Source of the DNA: Eledone cirrhosa
Lineage: Eukaryota
Reading direction: 5' to 3'
NCBI GenBank assembly: GCA_964016885.1
Contig: OZ024741.1
Coordinates: 22,630,001-22,694,000, forward strand
DNA length: 64,000 nucleotides
The notes below the pieces were generated by a model, which did no database searches, was not told where the DNA came from, and saw only the letters and a program-made list of their open reading frames with translations. Of the stretch, positions 52,301 through 64,000 are shown piece after piece (position 1 is the first letter of the stretch; each line of letters starts with the position of its first letter). The position numbers and the translations under genes were made by a program.

Positions 52301-53486
52301 GAAGTCCTTGTCGTCTGTTAGAGCAGTAGTGTGTATTAGGGACTCGTAAAACCTATCCTTAAGCTCGTCTGGCAGTCCCGATTGGGGTGCGTAAGCTGAT
52401 ATTATTGTGGTAATTGTCTTATTCAGGACTAGTCTGAGTTTAATGATTCTTGCATTTACCCTGTACACTGAGATTACTTTATCTACCCACTTGTCAGCTA
52501 ATAGTATACCTACACCACCCATCCCATCGTCATTTCCCACCCAGAAAAATTTGTAGCACTGGCTTTTTCCCAGAAGGACTCTAGCAGACCCTCCTCTCCA
52601 TCTAGTCTCTTGCACACAGCATACATCAACTTCCTTTCGCTCTAGCATTTCTACGATTTCTCCTGCTCTTCCTTTCATTGAGCCTACATTGATGGTACCA
52701 ACTCGGAGTTTTGGGCATTTGTCGACACTCGTAGGGGAGGGTCTCTGGGTTGGCGCTTCACGTGGGTGCTTGGTAGCTCGCAGATTCATATTTCATCTAT
52801 TGATTCAGAGTTGCTCGTGTATTCCCAGCTTCTACCCATAACGGTGGGAAAATTGAGGGCTAGAAGAACAGTGGTGGTGGGGTAATGGCAGGGTGTGTTG
52901 GGATGCGCCAGAGGAGGAGAGAGTTAGTTAGGCAGGTAGTAGCAGCAGCAGTGGAAATGGCATGCTAGGTTTGATTGGTCGAATAGACTATGGTGGTGTG
53001 TGGGGGTGGGGGGGAGGGAAATTGTGAGGTAGGAACTGAGGGTTGCATGGTAAATATCCAAGTTAATACTACATCAGTAAAATTAACAATAATAACGTCA
53101 TGAAAAACTACTAAGAGAAACCCTCGAAAATTTATCGCTAATACAGCAGGGAAAATTTAACGCTAATACAGCAGGGAACATCATAATATTAACGACAATA
53201 TGTAGGCTAAAATACCTTCGTAGATTAGATGGATGGCTGGAAAAATTGGAATCAGCTCTAGTGATACATTTTAGCAGAGAAGAATGGGAAAGTGTCTTAT
53301 CTCTTCAATATTTTCAGATTGAATGAATTAGGTTAAAGACAGGGTAGTAGCCTTAAAGAAGTGCATAGAGAGGGGGGGGGGGGTAGGAACTGAGGGTCGC
53401 ATGGTAAATAACTGAGAGAGATACAATAGGATTAGAATACCGCATGGTAAATATCCAAGTTAATAAGTTAATAAGTTAATAAGTTA
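49372..53486 (-). mobile_element. Apparently full-length RTE-clade LINE (5' boundary approximate)
   Basis: (ATG)n tail at 49372-49394, 3' UTR, single long ORF, and ~0.7 kb of upstream sequence with internal direct repeats ending at a TA/CA tract. Confidence 0.85.
49673..52789 (-). CDS. RTE LINE polyprotein, 1038 aa: AP endonuclease + reverse transcriptase + Cys/His (PHD-like) finger
   Basis: Uninterrupted ORF with VGTINVGS, CVQET, GDFNGH, LDF, YRGIKL, FVDLEKAFDRV, HQGSVLSP, YADD, CSVC..CPKC..HKRC..CSSC, YLG and GRPKMTW. Confidence 0.95.
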   Translation of the reverse strand: MNLRATKHPREAPTQRPSPTSVDKCPKLRVGTINVGSMKGRAGEIVEMLERKEVDVCCVQETRWRGGSARVLLGKSQCYKFFWVGNDDGMGGVGILLADKWVDKVISVYRVNARIIKLRLVLNKTITTIISAYAPQSGLPDELKDRFYESLIHTTALTDDKDFLIIAGDFNGHVGKHCDGFNRVHGGHGVGTRNEEGFRLLEFCDANDMSICNTNFKKPDNHLITYRSGEHSSQLDFILIRGRDRWTVVNTKAFPSEECTSQHSLVVSDLAVRTRRALKQRPTWRRKIWKLKVPSTSNRFKDILLNAYDSKEEQIETFNVEENWEFLKNNLLEATDEVCGWSKTSSRRRVTWWWNNKVDEAVKAKRQAWKEWKNGGSRVHYIETKREARRQVYLARREAEDRKFKHVLREDQKQEVFKIARQCVRDSCDVIGEKCIRNDKGELALTSAEKKDAWKSHYDRLLNEENAWEEETLPHVDPIEGPAVQVSGSIVSKAIRDMKIGKATGPSGIAAEMLKASGSVGHTITTRIVNQVILEGAIPKDWCSSIIVNCYKGKGDALDRGNYRGIKLMDQVMKVTERVIAQLIRDRVNIDEMQFGFVPGKGTTDALFLVRQLQEKYLAKSKPLYLAFVDLEKAFDRVPRAVIWWALRKLGVDEWLVKAVQAMYRGAVSKVRIGNEYSEEFSVQVGVHQGSVLSPLLFIIVLQAITEEFKTGCPWELLYADDLALIAESMVELENKFQTWNQGLERKGLKVNMTKTKVLISRRENRTQIPSGKWPCSVCRKGVGRNSILCPKCKQWVHKRCSGISGSLIKNVGFTCSSCAETASKQPQETSTTNLWDGPVETVDSFCYLGDRISNGGGCSESTITRVRTGWKKFRELLPLLAAKGFSLRMKGRLYDACIRTAMLHGSETWALKVEDLRRLERNEACMLRWMCNSNIRERQSIKELRERLSIRGIKCCVQERQLRWYGHVMRMKDDSCIKRCRALEVEGNRGVGRPKMTWDEVIKADLTQLHLSKSMTHDRDFWRHAVIQGTRPPMGTC

Positions 53487-53505
53487 TACATACGCATACA
53501 TATAT

Positions 53506-53542
<37 letters not shown>

Positions 53543-53630
53543 GTAGGAGGTGAGTTTTATTGTAGTACAATAAAGCAATGCAGATATCGGATAAGAAGCA
53601 CTCTACAGTTTGTAGGACTGGAGTATACAC

Positions 53631-53949
53631 AATATATAAGAACAAAAGATGGCCAAAAGAGCTCCATGTACTTCACCATGCGCACTTCAAAAACAAACAT
53701 CATCATGCAACAACATTTGTGTTTTCATCAGACAAAACAGGAAGACATGATATGAAGGCCAAAAAACACTTGTGGATAGTTCAGTTTTAAATGAACTGAA
53801 CTATCCACAAGTGTTTCCCAACCTTCACATCATGTCCTCCCGCTTCATCTGATGAAAACACAAACACCACTGCATGATGACACCTGTCTTTGAAATGCGC
53901 ACAACAAAACACATGGAACTCCTCCAACCATCTTTTGTTCTTATATATT
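53631..53949. repeat. 156-bp inverted repeat with 7-nt loop, hammerhead-like core and strand-polarised transitions
   Basis: Arms at 53631-53786 and 53794-53949 with no indels and 36 differences, all C/T or A/G in one polarity. Core CTGATGA (53849)...GAAA (53892). Confidence 0.95.
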
Positions 53950-53956
53950 ATATATA

Positions 53957-56900
53957 TCATCATCATCATCATCATCAGGTTTAGCGGCCGTGTTCCACGC
54001 TTGCATGGGTTTGGACGGGGGTTTTCCCACTTGAGGCAAGAGTGGTTGTCTTGCTCGCATAGGACTGTCTGGCGGGTTTTCTACAGTTGGATGCCCTTCC
54101 TAACACCAACCACATTTACAGTGTGGGGCTGGGAGGTTTTTACCGTGTTGCCTACACGGCCACATTACAGCGTGGACTGTCTGGCGGGTTTTCTACAGCT
54201 GGATGCCCTTCCTAACACCAACCACATTTACAGTGTGGGGCTGGGAGGTTTTTACCGTGTTGCCTACACGGCCACATTTACAGCGTGGACTGTGTGTTTT
54301 TTGTCGTGACACCTACACGATCTCATTTGTTTCGGCCTGGATGTTGTGGGACCAACATAACTTTACATTGAAAGGGGCGGTGTGGGTGGGGTGGAGGTGG
54401 TGGGACGGGGGGGTGTTTTGATAGAGATGCCTACTGACTGTAGTAGGTTTTTACTTTGTATTTAGGTAAGGCGGGTCTACTCTATTACTGAGTACCGCCA
54501 AAGGTCTCGGTCCAGTGACATTGTCTTGGAGAGGTGTAAGCGTGTGAGGTCGGAATTTATCAGCTCGTCCCATGTTTTTCTGGGTCTGCCTACTCAGTGG
54601 CTACCGTCTATCTTTATTGCCCTGCACTTTGTTATACAGCTGTCGTCTTTCATGCGCATCACGTGACCGTACCAACGTAGCCTTCTCTCGAGTAAACAAC
54701 ATCTGATCCCTCTTATTTCTAATTTTTTCCTTAGTTCGTTTATGCTTTGCCGTTCACGTATATTACTATTGCACATCCAGCGGAGCATGCAAGCTTCGTT
54801 CCTCTCTAGTCTGCGTATATCCTCTGCACACAATGCCCAGGTCTCACTGCCATGCAGCATTGCTGTTCGTATGCAGGCATCGTATAACCTGCCTTTCATT
54901 TTTAGGGAGAACCCTTTAGCGGCTAATAGTGGTATAAGCTCTCTGAACTTTTTCCATCCAGTTCTGACTCTAGCTACTGTACTTTCAGAGCACCCTCCCC
55001 CACTGCTGATTTTGTCACCCAGATAACGGAAGCTGTCCACTATTTCTATAGAACCCTCTGCGCAGTTGAAGGAGCTAGTATTTTGTGGGCACTTGCTGCT
55101 ACTTATTGCACCAGAGCACTGGCCACATGTAAAATCTATGTTCTTAGTTAGCTTACCTGTGATCCCACTACATCTTTTATGCACCCATACTTTGCATTTG
55201 GGACATAAAATGGAGTTTCTACCTACGCCTTTCCTACACACTGAGCATGGCCATTTCCCCGATGGGACCGCCGCCTTATTTTCTTTCCTACAAACTAGAA
55301 CTTTAGTCTTAGCCAGGTTAATTTTAAGGCCTTTTGATTCTAGGCCGTGCTTCCACGTTTGGAATTTCTTCTCTAGTTCGGTCATTGATTCAGCTATGAG
55401 CGTTAGATCATCTGCGTATAGGAGTTCCCATGGGCAGCCGGTCTTGAACTCCTCTGTTATAGCCTGAAGGGCAATAATAAATAGTAGGGGGCTAAGAACA
55501 GAGCCCTGATGGACACCAACTTTTACGCTAAACTCTTCACTATATTCGTTGTTAATTCTAACCTTACTGACTGTTTCTTTATACATGGCTTGTATAGCTC
55601 TCACAAGCCATTCGTCAACACCTAGTTTTCTAAGAGACCACCAGATAATGGAACGGGGGACTCTGTCGAAGGCTTTCTCCAAGTCGACGAAAGCTAAGTA
55701 TAGGGGTTTACTTTTAGCTAGGTACTTCTCCTGTAGTTGTCGTACAATGAAAAGAGCGTCTGTGGTACTTTTGCCTGACACAAACCCGAACTGCATTTCA
55801 TCTAGATCAATTCTCTCTCTGATTAGTTGCGCTATTACTTTTTCCGTGACCTTCATGACCTGGTCGATTAATTTAATGCCTCTATAGTTACTCCTATCTA
55901 GGGCATCTCCTTTTCCCTTATAGCAGTTAACGATGATGCTGCTACGCCATTCCTTCGGAACAACCCCATTCTGTACGACTTGGTTAACTATCCGGGTGAC
56001 CATGGTGTGTCCCACCGAACCAGATGCCTTCAGCATCTCAGCAACTATTTCCGAAGGCCCAGCCGCCTTACCCGTCTTCATATCTTTGATTGCCTTACTT
56101 ATTATACTACCTTCAACTAACACTGCTGGTCCCTCTATTGGATCGATCTGGGGGAGACTGTCTTTCTCCCATTTGTTCTCCTCATTTAGAAGCCTTTCGT
56201 AGTGACACTTCCAAGCTACCTTCTTATCAGCGTCGGTGATGGCAAGTATGCCATCATCGTTAAGTACACACTTCTCCCCGACAATATCACGGTTTTCCTT
56301 GACACATTGCCTGGCAATCCTGAACACCTCACGTTTTTGGTCCTCACGTTGTAGAACATGCTTGAACTTTCTTTCCTCTGCTTCCCTTCTTGCGAAGTAC
56401 ACTTGTCTCCTAGCTTCCCTCCTGGCCACTTGATAGTCTTCTCTACTTCCCCCATCCCGCCATACTTTCCAAGCCTGCTTTTTGGCCTTAATTGACTCCT
56501 CCACCTTACTGTTCCACCACCATGTTACTCTCCTCCTACCTACAGGCCTGCTCCAGCCACAGACTTCGTCTGCCGCCGTCAGCAGGTTTGCTCTCAGGAA
56601 TTCCCACTGTTCCTCTATATTATACGATTCTAATTGCTCTTCCTTACTGTCGAAAGCGTCAAGTAATATGCTTTGAAATTTATTTCTGGCTATGGGGTCC
56701 TTTAGCTTCCATATTTTTCTCCTGAGGATAGTCCTCTTCCGCTGTCTAGTACGTCTCGTCCTGACTATGAGGTCGCTAATTATCAGTCTATGTTGGGAGG
56801 TGAATTCTTCATGGGGGTGGGATTTAGTGTTAACAACAGACACTCTGTCACGTCTTCTGGTAAGGACATAATCTACCTGGCTTGTGTGTTCCCCCGATCT

Positions 56901-57486
56901 ATAGGTGATCAAGTGATTGTCTCGTTTTTTGAAGTTAGTGTTACAGATAGTTAAGTTATTTGCGTCGCAGAATTCCAGGATTCTGGAGCCTTCCTCATTT
57001 CTAGTACCGAACCCATAGCCTCCATGGATTCCGTCATAGCCGTCACAATGTTGTCCAACGTGACCATTTAGGTCGCCTGCAATAACTATATAGTCACTGT
57101 CGGTTATTTGGGAGGTAGCGAGCATCAGTGTCTCGTAGAATCTGTCTTTTATAGCGCGGGGCAGTCCGGATTGGGGTGCGTACGCAGATATTACTGTCAC
57201 CGTAGTTTTATTGAGGACAAGTCTTATTTTAATTATTCTGTCGTTCACTCTATTTACGTCTATTATCTTATCTGCCCACTTTTCTGCTACCATGATTCCT
57301 ACCCCACCCAACCCATTGTCATTTCCCACCCAGAAAAGCTTATAGCATCGTTCTTTACCCACGATGAATCTAGCCGACCCTCCCCTCCACCTGGTCTCTT
57401 GAATACAACAAACATCGACCTCCTTACGTTCAAGCATTTCTACAACCTCGTTAGAGCGACCCTTTAAGGTGCCTACATTCATGGTA
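53957..57486 (-). mobile_element. Second RTE-clade LINE, truncated at the very start of the endonuclease
   Basis: (ATG)n tail at 53957-53976 and a 3' UTR with a 112-bp tandem duplication (54062/54174). Homology to the 63001 copy stops at ~57486, where TA/CA repeats begin. Confidence 0.92.
54477..57482 (-). pseudogene. RTE polyprotein, open from ATG 57482 to a premature TGA at 54594-54596; frame continues VGRPRKTW...YSVIE*
   Basis: Same domain set as 49673-52789. The stop replaces the G of the conserved GVGRP motif. Confidence 0.9.
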
Positions 57487-57925
57487 TATATATATACACA
57501 TACACGCACGCACGCGCGCGCACATACGTAGTCGCTCATGTACATATATAGAAAGTATACACACATTAAGGCGTTCAACCACATTGATACAGGGTGTAAA
57601 AAACTTGAGGATAAGTAAGTACAAATATAAAATTGTAAGATTGGCTGCGTAAAAATAAAAAAATAAAAATAAAAATGAAAAATATATCTGGAGTGGAAAA
57701 CACAAATGACATGTGTAATCATTTAGTGAAGGAAATAAGGAAGTAAAAAATGGAAAGTGAAAATATTAGGTAAGTGAATCGGAGAATAAATGGGGGGGGG
57801 GGGTTATTGGTGGATGTGAAGTAAAAATAAAAATAAAAAATAAATATAAAAATAAATGAAATTAATGATAAGGATAAAAATGAAAGTAAGTCAGAAAGGG
57901 TAATTAAAAAGAGAATAATAAGAGT

Positions 57926-58354
57926 TTATGGAGGATAAGTATCTGAAAGTGTGTTAAGTTTATATGAGCTGGAAAGCAGGTGTGATTTCATGTGTGGGCA
58001 ACTGGTGAAAATTTCCGTCTTTGTGTTCAGGCAGGTCTTTGGTGATTTTAGATTTTGCAATATCCAATATTTTTCATATATGCAGAGCGTGCATTTTCTT
58101 GTTCCTCTAGCATATTCTTTAGATTGGTTCAAAATTGACCAATTTAATTTATATTGGATGCCTTGGTCTTTCAAATCCCAAATTCTGCTAGTCAGAGCTG
58201 TTGTAAATCTTTTTTCTGGATGTCGAAAGGATGCGACATGTGAGTAATAACGCGTTTTTAATTTGTCTTGCGTCATACCCACATATCGTTCACTGGTGGC
58301 TGGATGGTTGTCACTTTAGCTGCATATAGAATGGCTTTGGTGTTGCATTTACCT

Positions 58355-58356
<2 letters not shown>
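57926..58356 (-). pseudogene. Penelope-like element GIY-YIG endonuclease C-terminal fragment (Naiad-like motif pattern, tentative), 5'-truncated at (TA)n
   Basis: GKCNTKAILYAAKV..[frameshift]..RYVGMTQDKLKTRYYSHVASF..TALTSRIWDLK..WSIL..CTLCIYEKYWIL..LNTKTEIFTSCPH. Confidence 0.85.
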
Positions 58357-58414
<58 letters not shown>

Positions 58415-58554
58415 AAAGTTATATTTAAAATTGTTGGGTTACAACTAGTAAATATTTATAACTGATATAAAAGCACTCGACAAATATTTGGAGTATATTT
58501 ATAATATTAAATAAATGAAAACTATATTTATAAAACCATATTTATTTCATTATA

Positions 58555-58605
58555 TATATTTCGGGGATATCATATTAACAATATGCTATGCCTTCCTCAG
58601 ACAAA
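58555..58605 (-). ncRNA. Hammerhead-like motif with long stem II
   Basis: The minus strand reads CTGAGGA aggcatagcatatt gtt aatatgatatcccc GAAA tata. Confidence 0.4.
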
Positions 58606-60244
58606 ATACAATATAAACAGTTTTATAGATAAATAGATTCGACATACCGTTATAACACCGACTTGCATTTGAAGAGGTTAAGCTGGCAGTGAAAAAATTT
58701 TATACAGAGAGAAAGAAAGAGAGAAAAAAGAGAGAAAAAAGAAAGACAGAAAACGAAGAAAAGGAAGAAAAAGAAGAAATGCATGGAACAAAATATAGAG
58801 ATGGAAAGATAGATAAAGAGAAGAACTTCATGTAAAGAAACAGAAAGAGATATATATATATATATATAGAGAGAGAGGAAATAGAGATAGATACATATAT
58901 ATATAGAAAATTAGGTAGTGGGAGGTCATTTTGAGTAAATGTATCAATGATACATTTATTTATTTATTTATTTATTTAGCTCTAGTATTAATGTAAGGGA
59001 GATATATATAGAGAGAAAAAAATATAGAGAGAGAAAAAATAGCGAGAGAAAAAATTTAAAAATAGCCAGATATATTCGAGGCGTAAAAACCCTATGTCTT
59101 AATGTATTAGAATTCATAAACCTTCTACTATATTGTAAATATCAGTATTCCTGAATGAGACAAGTATCCATAGTGTGTGAAAATTAATTATCTTATGTTT
59201 AGTTTTTTAAAAAATTCATATGTTTATGTTATAGCTACAAACATCCATGCGAATCCATATTATCAACTCTGCAAACTCTAAGTTCACGGAAAACATTCTC
59301 AATGTGGTATAAAAATTTGAGTATACATATATGTGTATTATTATTCCTGTCTTTACTCTACAAGATTATCTATCAAGCAGAAATAGAGAGCAGATTTCAA
59401 TATACTAATAAAAATATATATCAGAAACAAAACAAAAATAAAAAGATAACAATAATAATAATAAGTAATAATAAAATAGAAAGTTAAAAAAATATTATGA
59501 AAGAATATTACATATTAAAAATATTACATACTAAAAAATATTACGTATTAAAAAATATTACGTATTAAAAAATTTACATATTAAAGATATTAAAAATAAA
59601 AATAAAAAATATTATAAAATACTACAATAATAAAAAATAAAAATAAACCACAAAGATCAACCCTTCAAAATTAATTGACAATATATTGCCAAGTTCATTA
59701 TAAGACAAAGCCAAAAATTATCTATCAAATCACATCTAGCAAAGATCATTTCAAAAAGTTTATGATGTCCAATTTGGTCTACATGTGTTCTTATATTTAA
59801 TATAGAAGTTTATCTAGTGTAAGGTTTATTCAAAATATTTGGAGCATCAGCTTTTAGGGTAGCTTAATTTTTCATGAGGAATGTTTAAATAAAAATAAAA
59901 TAAAAATAAATAAAAATAAACAATAAAAAAAGAATAAAAAGAAGGAATCAAAAATTTAGGAATCAAAAATTTATCGGCTAGTTTCCCATATAAATATAAA
60001 TCAAACTAAATATACTACATTTTAAATTTAAATTTATATTTAAACGTTGAGTTTAATCTATGTTTGCAACAACTGAATAAATTTGTCCGTAGATTAAGGG
60101 AATTTTTAGATTTTAGTATAAAGAATATCTCCTCTGCGCAGAGGTCACATGTCTCAGAGGATGAATTAAAAGGAATCCCCCTTGAGACTATATTCCAAGC
60201 CGTCGAATATCTAACGTTATCTTGCTTAAGTTGCCAGAGTACGC

Positions 60245-60444
60245 NNNNNNNNNNNNNNNNNNNNNNNNNNNNNNNNNNNNNNNNNNNNNNNNNNNNNNNN
60301 NNNNNNNNNNNNNNNNNNNNNNNNNNNNNNNNNNNNNNNNNNNNNNNNNNNNNNNNNNNNNNNNNNNNNNNNNNNNNNNNNNNNNNNNNNNNNNNNNNNN
60401 NNNNNNNNNNNNNNNNNNNNNNNNNNNNNNNNNNNNNNNNNNNN
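60245..60444. other. Assembly gap (200 N)
   Basis: Run of N. Confidence 1.
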
Positions 60445-60519
60445 CATTTTGAAGACCTAATCGCTATAGAATAGAATACGTCACGTATTACAATTAGATT
60501 CTCGATAAAAGCAAGGGAA

Positions 60520-60562
60520 GTAATCTACGCGTTTCATTCTCGTTAGAAATCATCAGGACTAC
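60520..60562 (-). ncRNA. Type I hammerhead ribozyme
   Basis: The minus strand reads gtagtc CTGATGA tttct aacg agaat GAAA cgcg TA gattac. Confidence 0.75.
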
Positions 60563-61168
60563 ATATCCAGTGCTTTTATCGAGAATGACACAGCTAGAGA
60601 CTTATAGAATACTTAGCTGTGTACAGGAACTGGTTTGAAAGAGCGGTTGCCGGTCCGGTAGAAATTAGAAATTGGAATAAATGCTCTGAAATAGCGATAT
60701 ATATGTGAATATAGACATAGAATATTCGAAAATATTCTGTATGTTTATAATAAACATTTTGAAGACCTAATCGCTATAGAATAGAATACGTCACGTATTA
60801 CAATTAGATTCTCGATAAAAGCAAGGGAAGTAATCTACGCGTTTCATTCTCGTTAGAAATCATCAGGATGATTTCTAACGAGAATGAAACGCGTAGATTA
60901 CTTCCCTTGCTTTTATCGAGAATCTAATTGTAATACGTGACGTATTCTATTCTATAGCGATTAGGTCTTCAAAATGTTTATTATAAACATACAGAATATT
61001 TTCGAATATTCTATGTCTATATTCACATATATATCGCTATTTCAGAGCATTTATTCCAATTTCTAATTTCTGCCGGACCGGCAACCGCTCTTTCAAACCA
61101 GTTCCTGTACACAGCTAAGTATTCTATAAGTCTCTAGCTGTGTCATTCTCGATAAAAGCACTGGATAT

Positions 61169-61211
61169 GTAGTCCTGATGATTTCTAACGAGAATGAAAC
61201 GCGTAGATTAC
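61169..61211 (+). ncRNA. Type I hammerhead ribozyme
   Basis: gtagtc CTGATGA t ttct aacg agaa t GAAA cgcg TA gattac. Stem I is gtagtc/gattac, extended by the 16-bp pair attctcgataaaagca/tgcttttatcgagaat. Stem III is palindromic. Confidence 0.78.
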
Positions 61212-61477
61212 TTCCCTTGCTTTTATCGAGAATCTAATTGTAATACGTGACGTATTCTATTCTATAGCGATTAGGTCTTCAAATGTTTATTATAAACATA
61301 CAGAATATTTTCGAATATTCTATGTCTATATTCACATATATATCGCTATTTCAGAGCATTTATTCCAATTTCTAATTTCTGCCGGACCGGCAACCGCTCT
61401 TTCAAACCAGTTCCTGTACACAGCTAAGTATTCTATAAGTCTCTAGCTGTGTCATTCTCGATAAAAGCACTGGATAT

Positions 61478-61520
61478 TTAGTCCTGATGATTTCTAACGA
61501 GAATGAAACGCGTAGATTAC
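61478..61520 (+). ncRNA. Type I hammerhead ribozyme (next repeat unit)
   Basis: Same core as 61169, 309 bp downstream. Confidence 0.75.
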
Positions 61521-61644
61521 TTCCCTTGCTTTTATCGAGAATCTAATTGTAATACGTGACGTATTCTATTCTATAGCGATTAGGTCTTCAAAATGTTTAT
61601 TATAAACATACAGAATATTTTCGAATATTCTATGTCTATATTCA

Positions 61645-62736
<1,092 letters not shown>

Positions 62737-64000
62737 CCAGAGGCCTATACTATCGCTTGCCTGGTTGCCTTTCGATATACGATATATGATGGATGGATGG
62801 ACTGCGGAATCCTGGAGAGTGGAGGTGAGAGAGAAAAATCTGGACGCTCAGCGACAATGCCAAAGATAAGACAAATTCACCCCTTGGACGAGAATGCGAG
62901 CACTCCTCATTGTTTCGACCGCGGACGGCTAACATAACCCCATCGCCCCCCGCCCCTCACCGCCCCCCAACCCCCAAACGCAATCCAAAACTTCAGAGTT
63001 GGTACCATAAATGTAGGCACCCTAAAGGGTCGCGCTAACGAGGTTGTAGAAATGCTTGAACGTAAGGAGGTCGATGTTTGTTGTATTCAAGAGACCAGGT
63101 GGAGGGGTGGGTCTGCTAGGTTCATTGAGGGTAAAAAACGTTGTTATAAGCTTTTCTGGGTGGGAAACGACGATGGGCTGGGTGGAGTAGGAATCATGGT
63201 AGCAGAAAAGTGGGCAGATAAGATAATAGACGTAAATAGAGTGAACGACAGAATAATTAAAATACGACTTGTCCTCAATAGAACTACGGTGACAGTAATA
63301 TCTGCGTACGCACCCCAATCCGGACTGCCCGGCACTATAAAAGACAGATTCTATGAGACACTGATGCTAACTACCTCCCAAATATCCGACAGTGACTATA
63401 TAATTATCGCAGGCGACCTAAATGGTCACGTTGGACAACATTGTGACGGCTACGACGAAATCCATGGAGGCTATGGGTTTGGTACTAGAAATGAGGAAGG
63501 CTCCAGAATCCTGGAATTCTGTGATGCAAATAACCTAACTATCTGTAACACTAACTTCAAAAAACGTGACAATCACCTGATCACCTATAGATCCGGGGAA
63601 CACACAAGCCAGGTAGATTATATCCTTACCAGAAGACGTGACAGAGTGTCTGTTGTTAACACTAAATCCCTCCCCCATGAAGAATGCACCTCCCAACATA
63701 GACTGATAATTAGCGACCTCATAGTCAGGACGAGACGTACTCGACAACAGAAGAGGACTATCCTCAGGAGGAAAATATGGAAGCTAAAGGACCCCACAGC
63801 CAGGAATAAATTTCAAAGCATATTACTTGATGCTTTCGACAGTAAGGAAGAACATTTAGAGTCGGACAATATAGAGGGAGAGTGGGAATTTCTGAAAGCA
63901 AACCTGCTGTTGGCGACAGACGAGGTCTGTGGCTGGAGCAGGCCTGTAGGCAGGAGGAGAGTAACATGGTGGTGGAACAGTAAGGTGGAGGGGTCAATTA
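62737..64000 (+). mobile_element. Third RTE LINE (same family as 53957-57486), 5' part, running off the window
   Basis: The frame from ATG 62857 has a TAA at 62935-62937, then stays open to 64000: FRVGTINVGTLKGRANEVVEMLERKEVDVCCIQETRWRGG...GDLNGH...QVDY...VTWWWN. Confidence 0.92.

Noticed and set aside
53631-53949. Ordinary CpG decay or RIP-like mutation as the cause of the arm differences
   Set aside because: Those processes hit both strands. Here all 36 changes have one polarity, many are outside CpG context (ggg/aaa, gag/aag), and the required ancestor would break the hammerhead core. Single-strand cytidine deamination is not fully excluded.
49803-56725. Numerous plus-strand ORFs
   Set aside because: They are antisense shadows of the RTE ORFs. 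The same applies to the alternative-frame ORFs inside the Tx1 element.
57483-57722. N-terminal 80 aa of the computed 1042-aa ORF
   Set aside because: Chance read-through of AT-rich and microsatellite flank. RTE homology begins only at ~57486.
60064-60474. ORFs spanning the N run
   Set aside because: Artefacts of the assembly gap. The 60-aa part before the gap has no recognisable motif.

Overview
Eukaryotic, AT-rich, repeat-dominated window. No convincing host protein-coding gene, rRNA, tRNA or CRISPR array is present. The repeat repertoire (tRNA-headed SINEs, RTE LINEs with (ATG)n tails, Penelope-like relics) resembles what I recall from octopod cephalopods; this is an unverified inference. 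Layout: (1) 1-16.2 kb is a 57-bp satellite with a 7,975-bp higher-order duplication. (2) 16-22 kb holds SINEs, MITEs, RTE 3' relics and a possible exon with a 30-bp repeat. (3) 22.4-28.8 kb is a near-full-length but disabled Tx1/L1-clade LINE inside a (TATC/TACC)n microsatellite, followed by a stack of related 3' ends. (4) 29-49 kb contains minisatellites, SINEs, MITEs and palindromes with hammerhead-like cores. (5) 49-64 kb contains three RTE LINEs (one with an intact 1038-aa ORF), a Penelope-like GIY-YIG fragment, a 200-N gap, a 310-bp hammerhead-ribozyme repeat in tandem and inverted arrangement, and a 1.1-kb (TA)n tract. The most striking signal is a 156-bp inverted repeat at 53631-53949. 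All 36 arm differences read as A->G on the minus strand with an ADAR-like neighbour bias, suggesting a genomic fossil of an A-to-I hyper-edited, reverse-transcribed dsRNA. All alignments and counts were done by eye.
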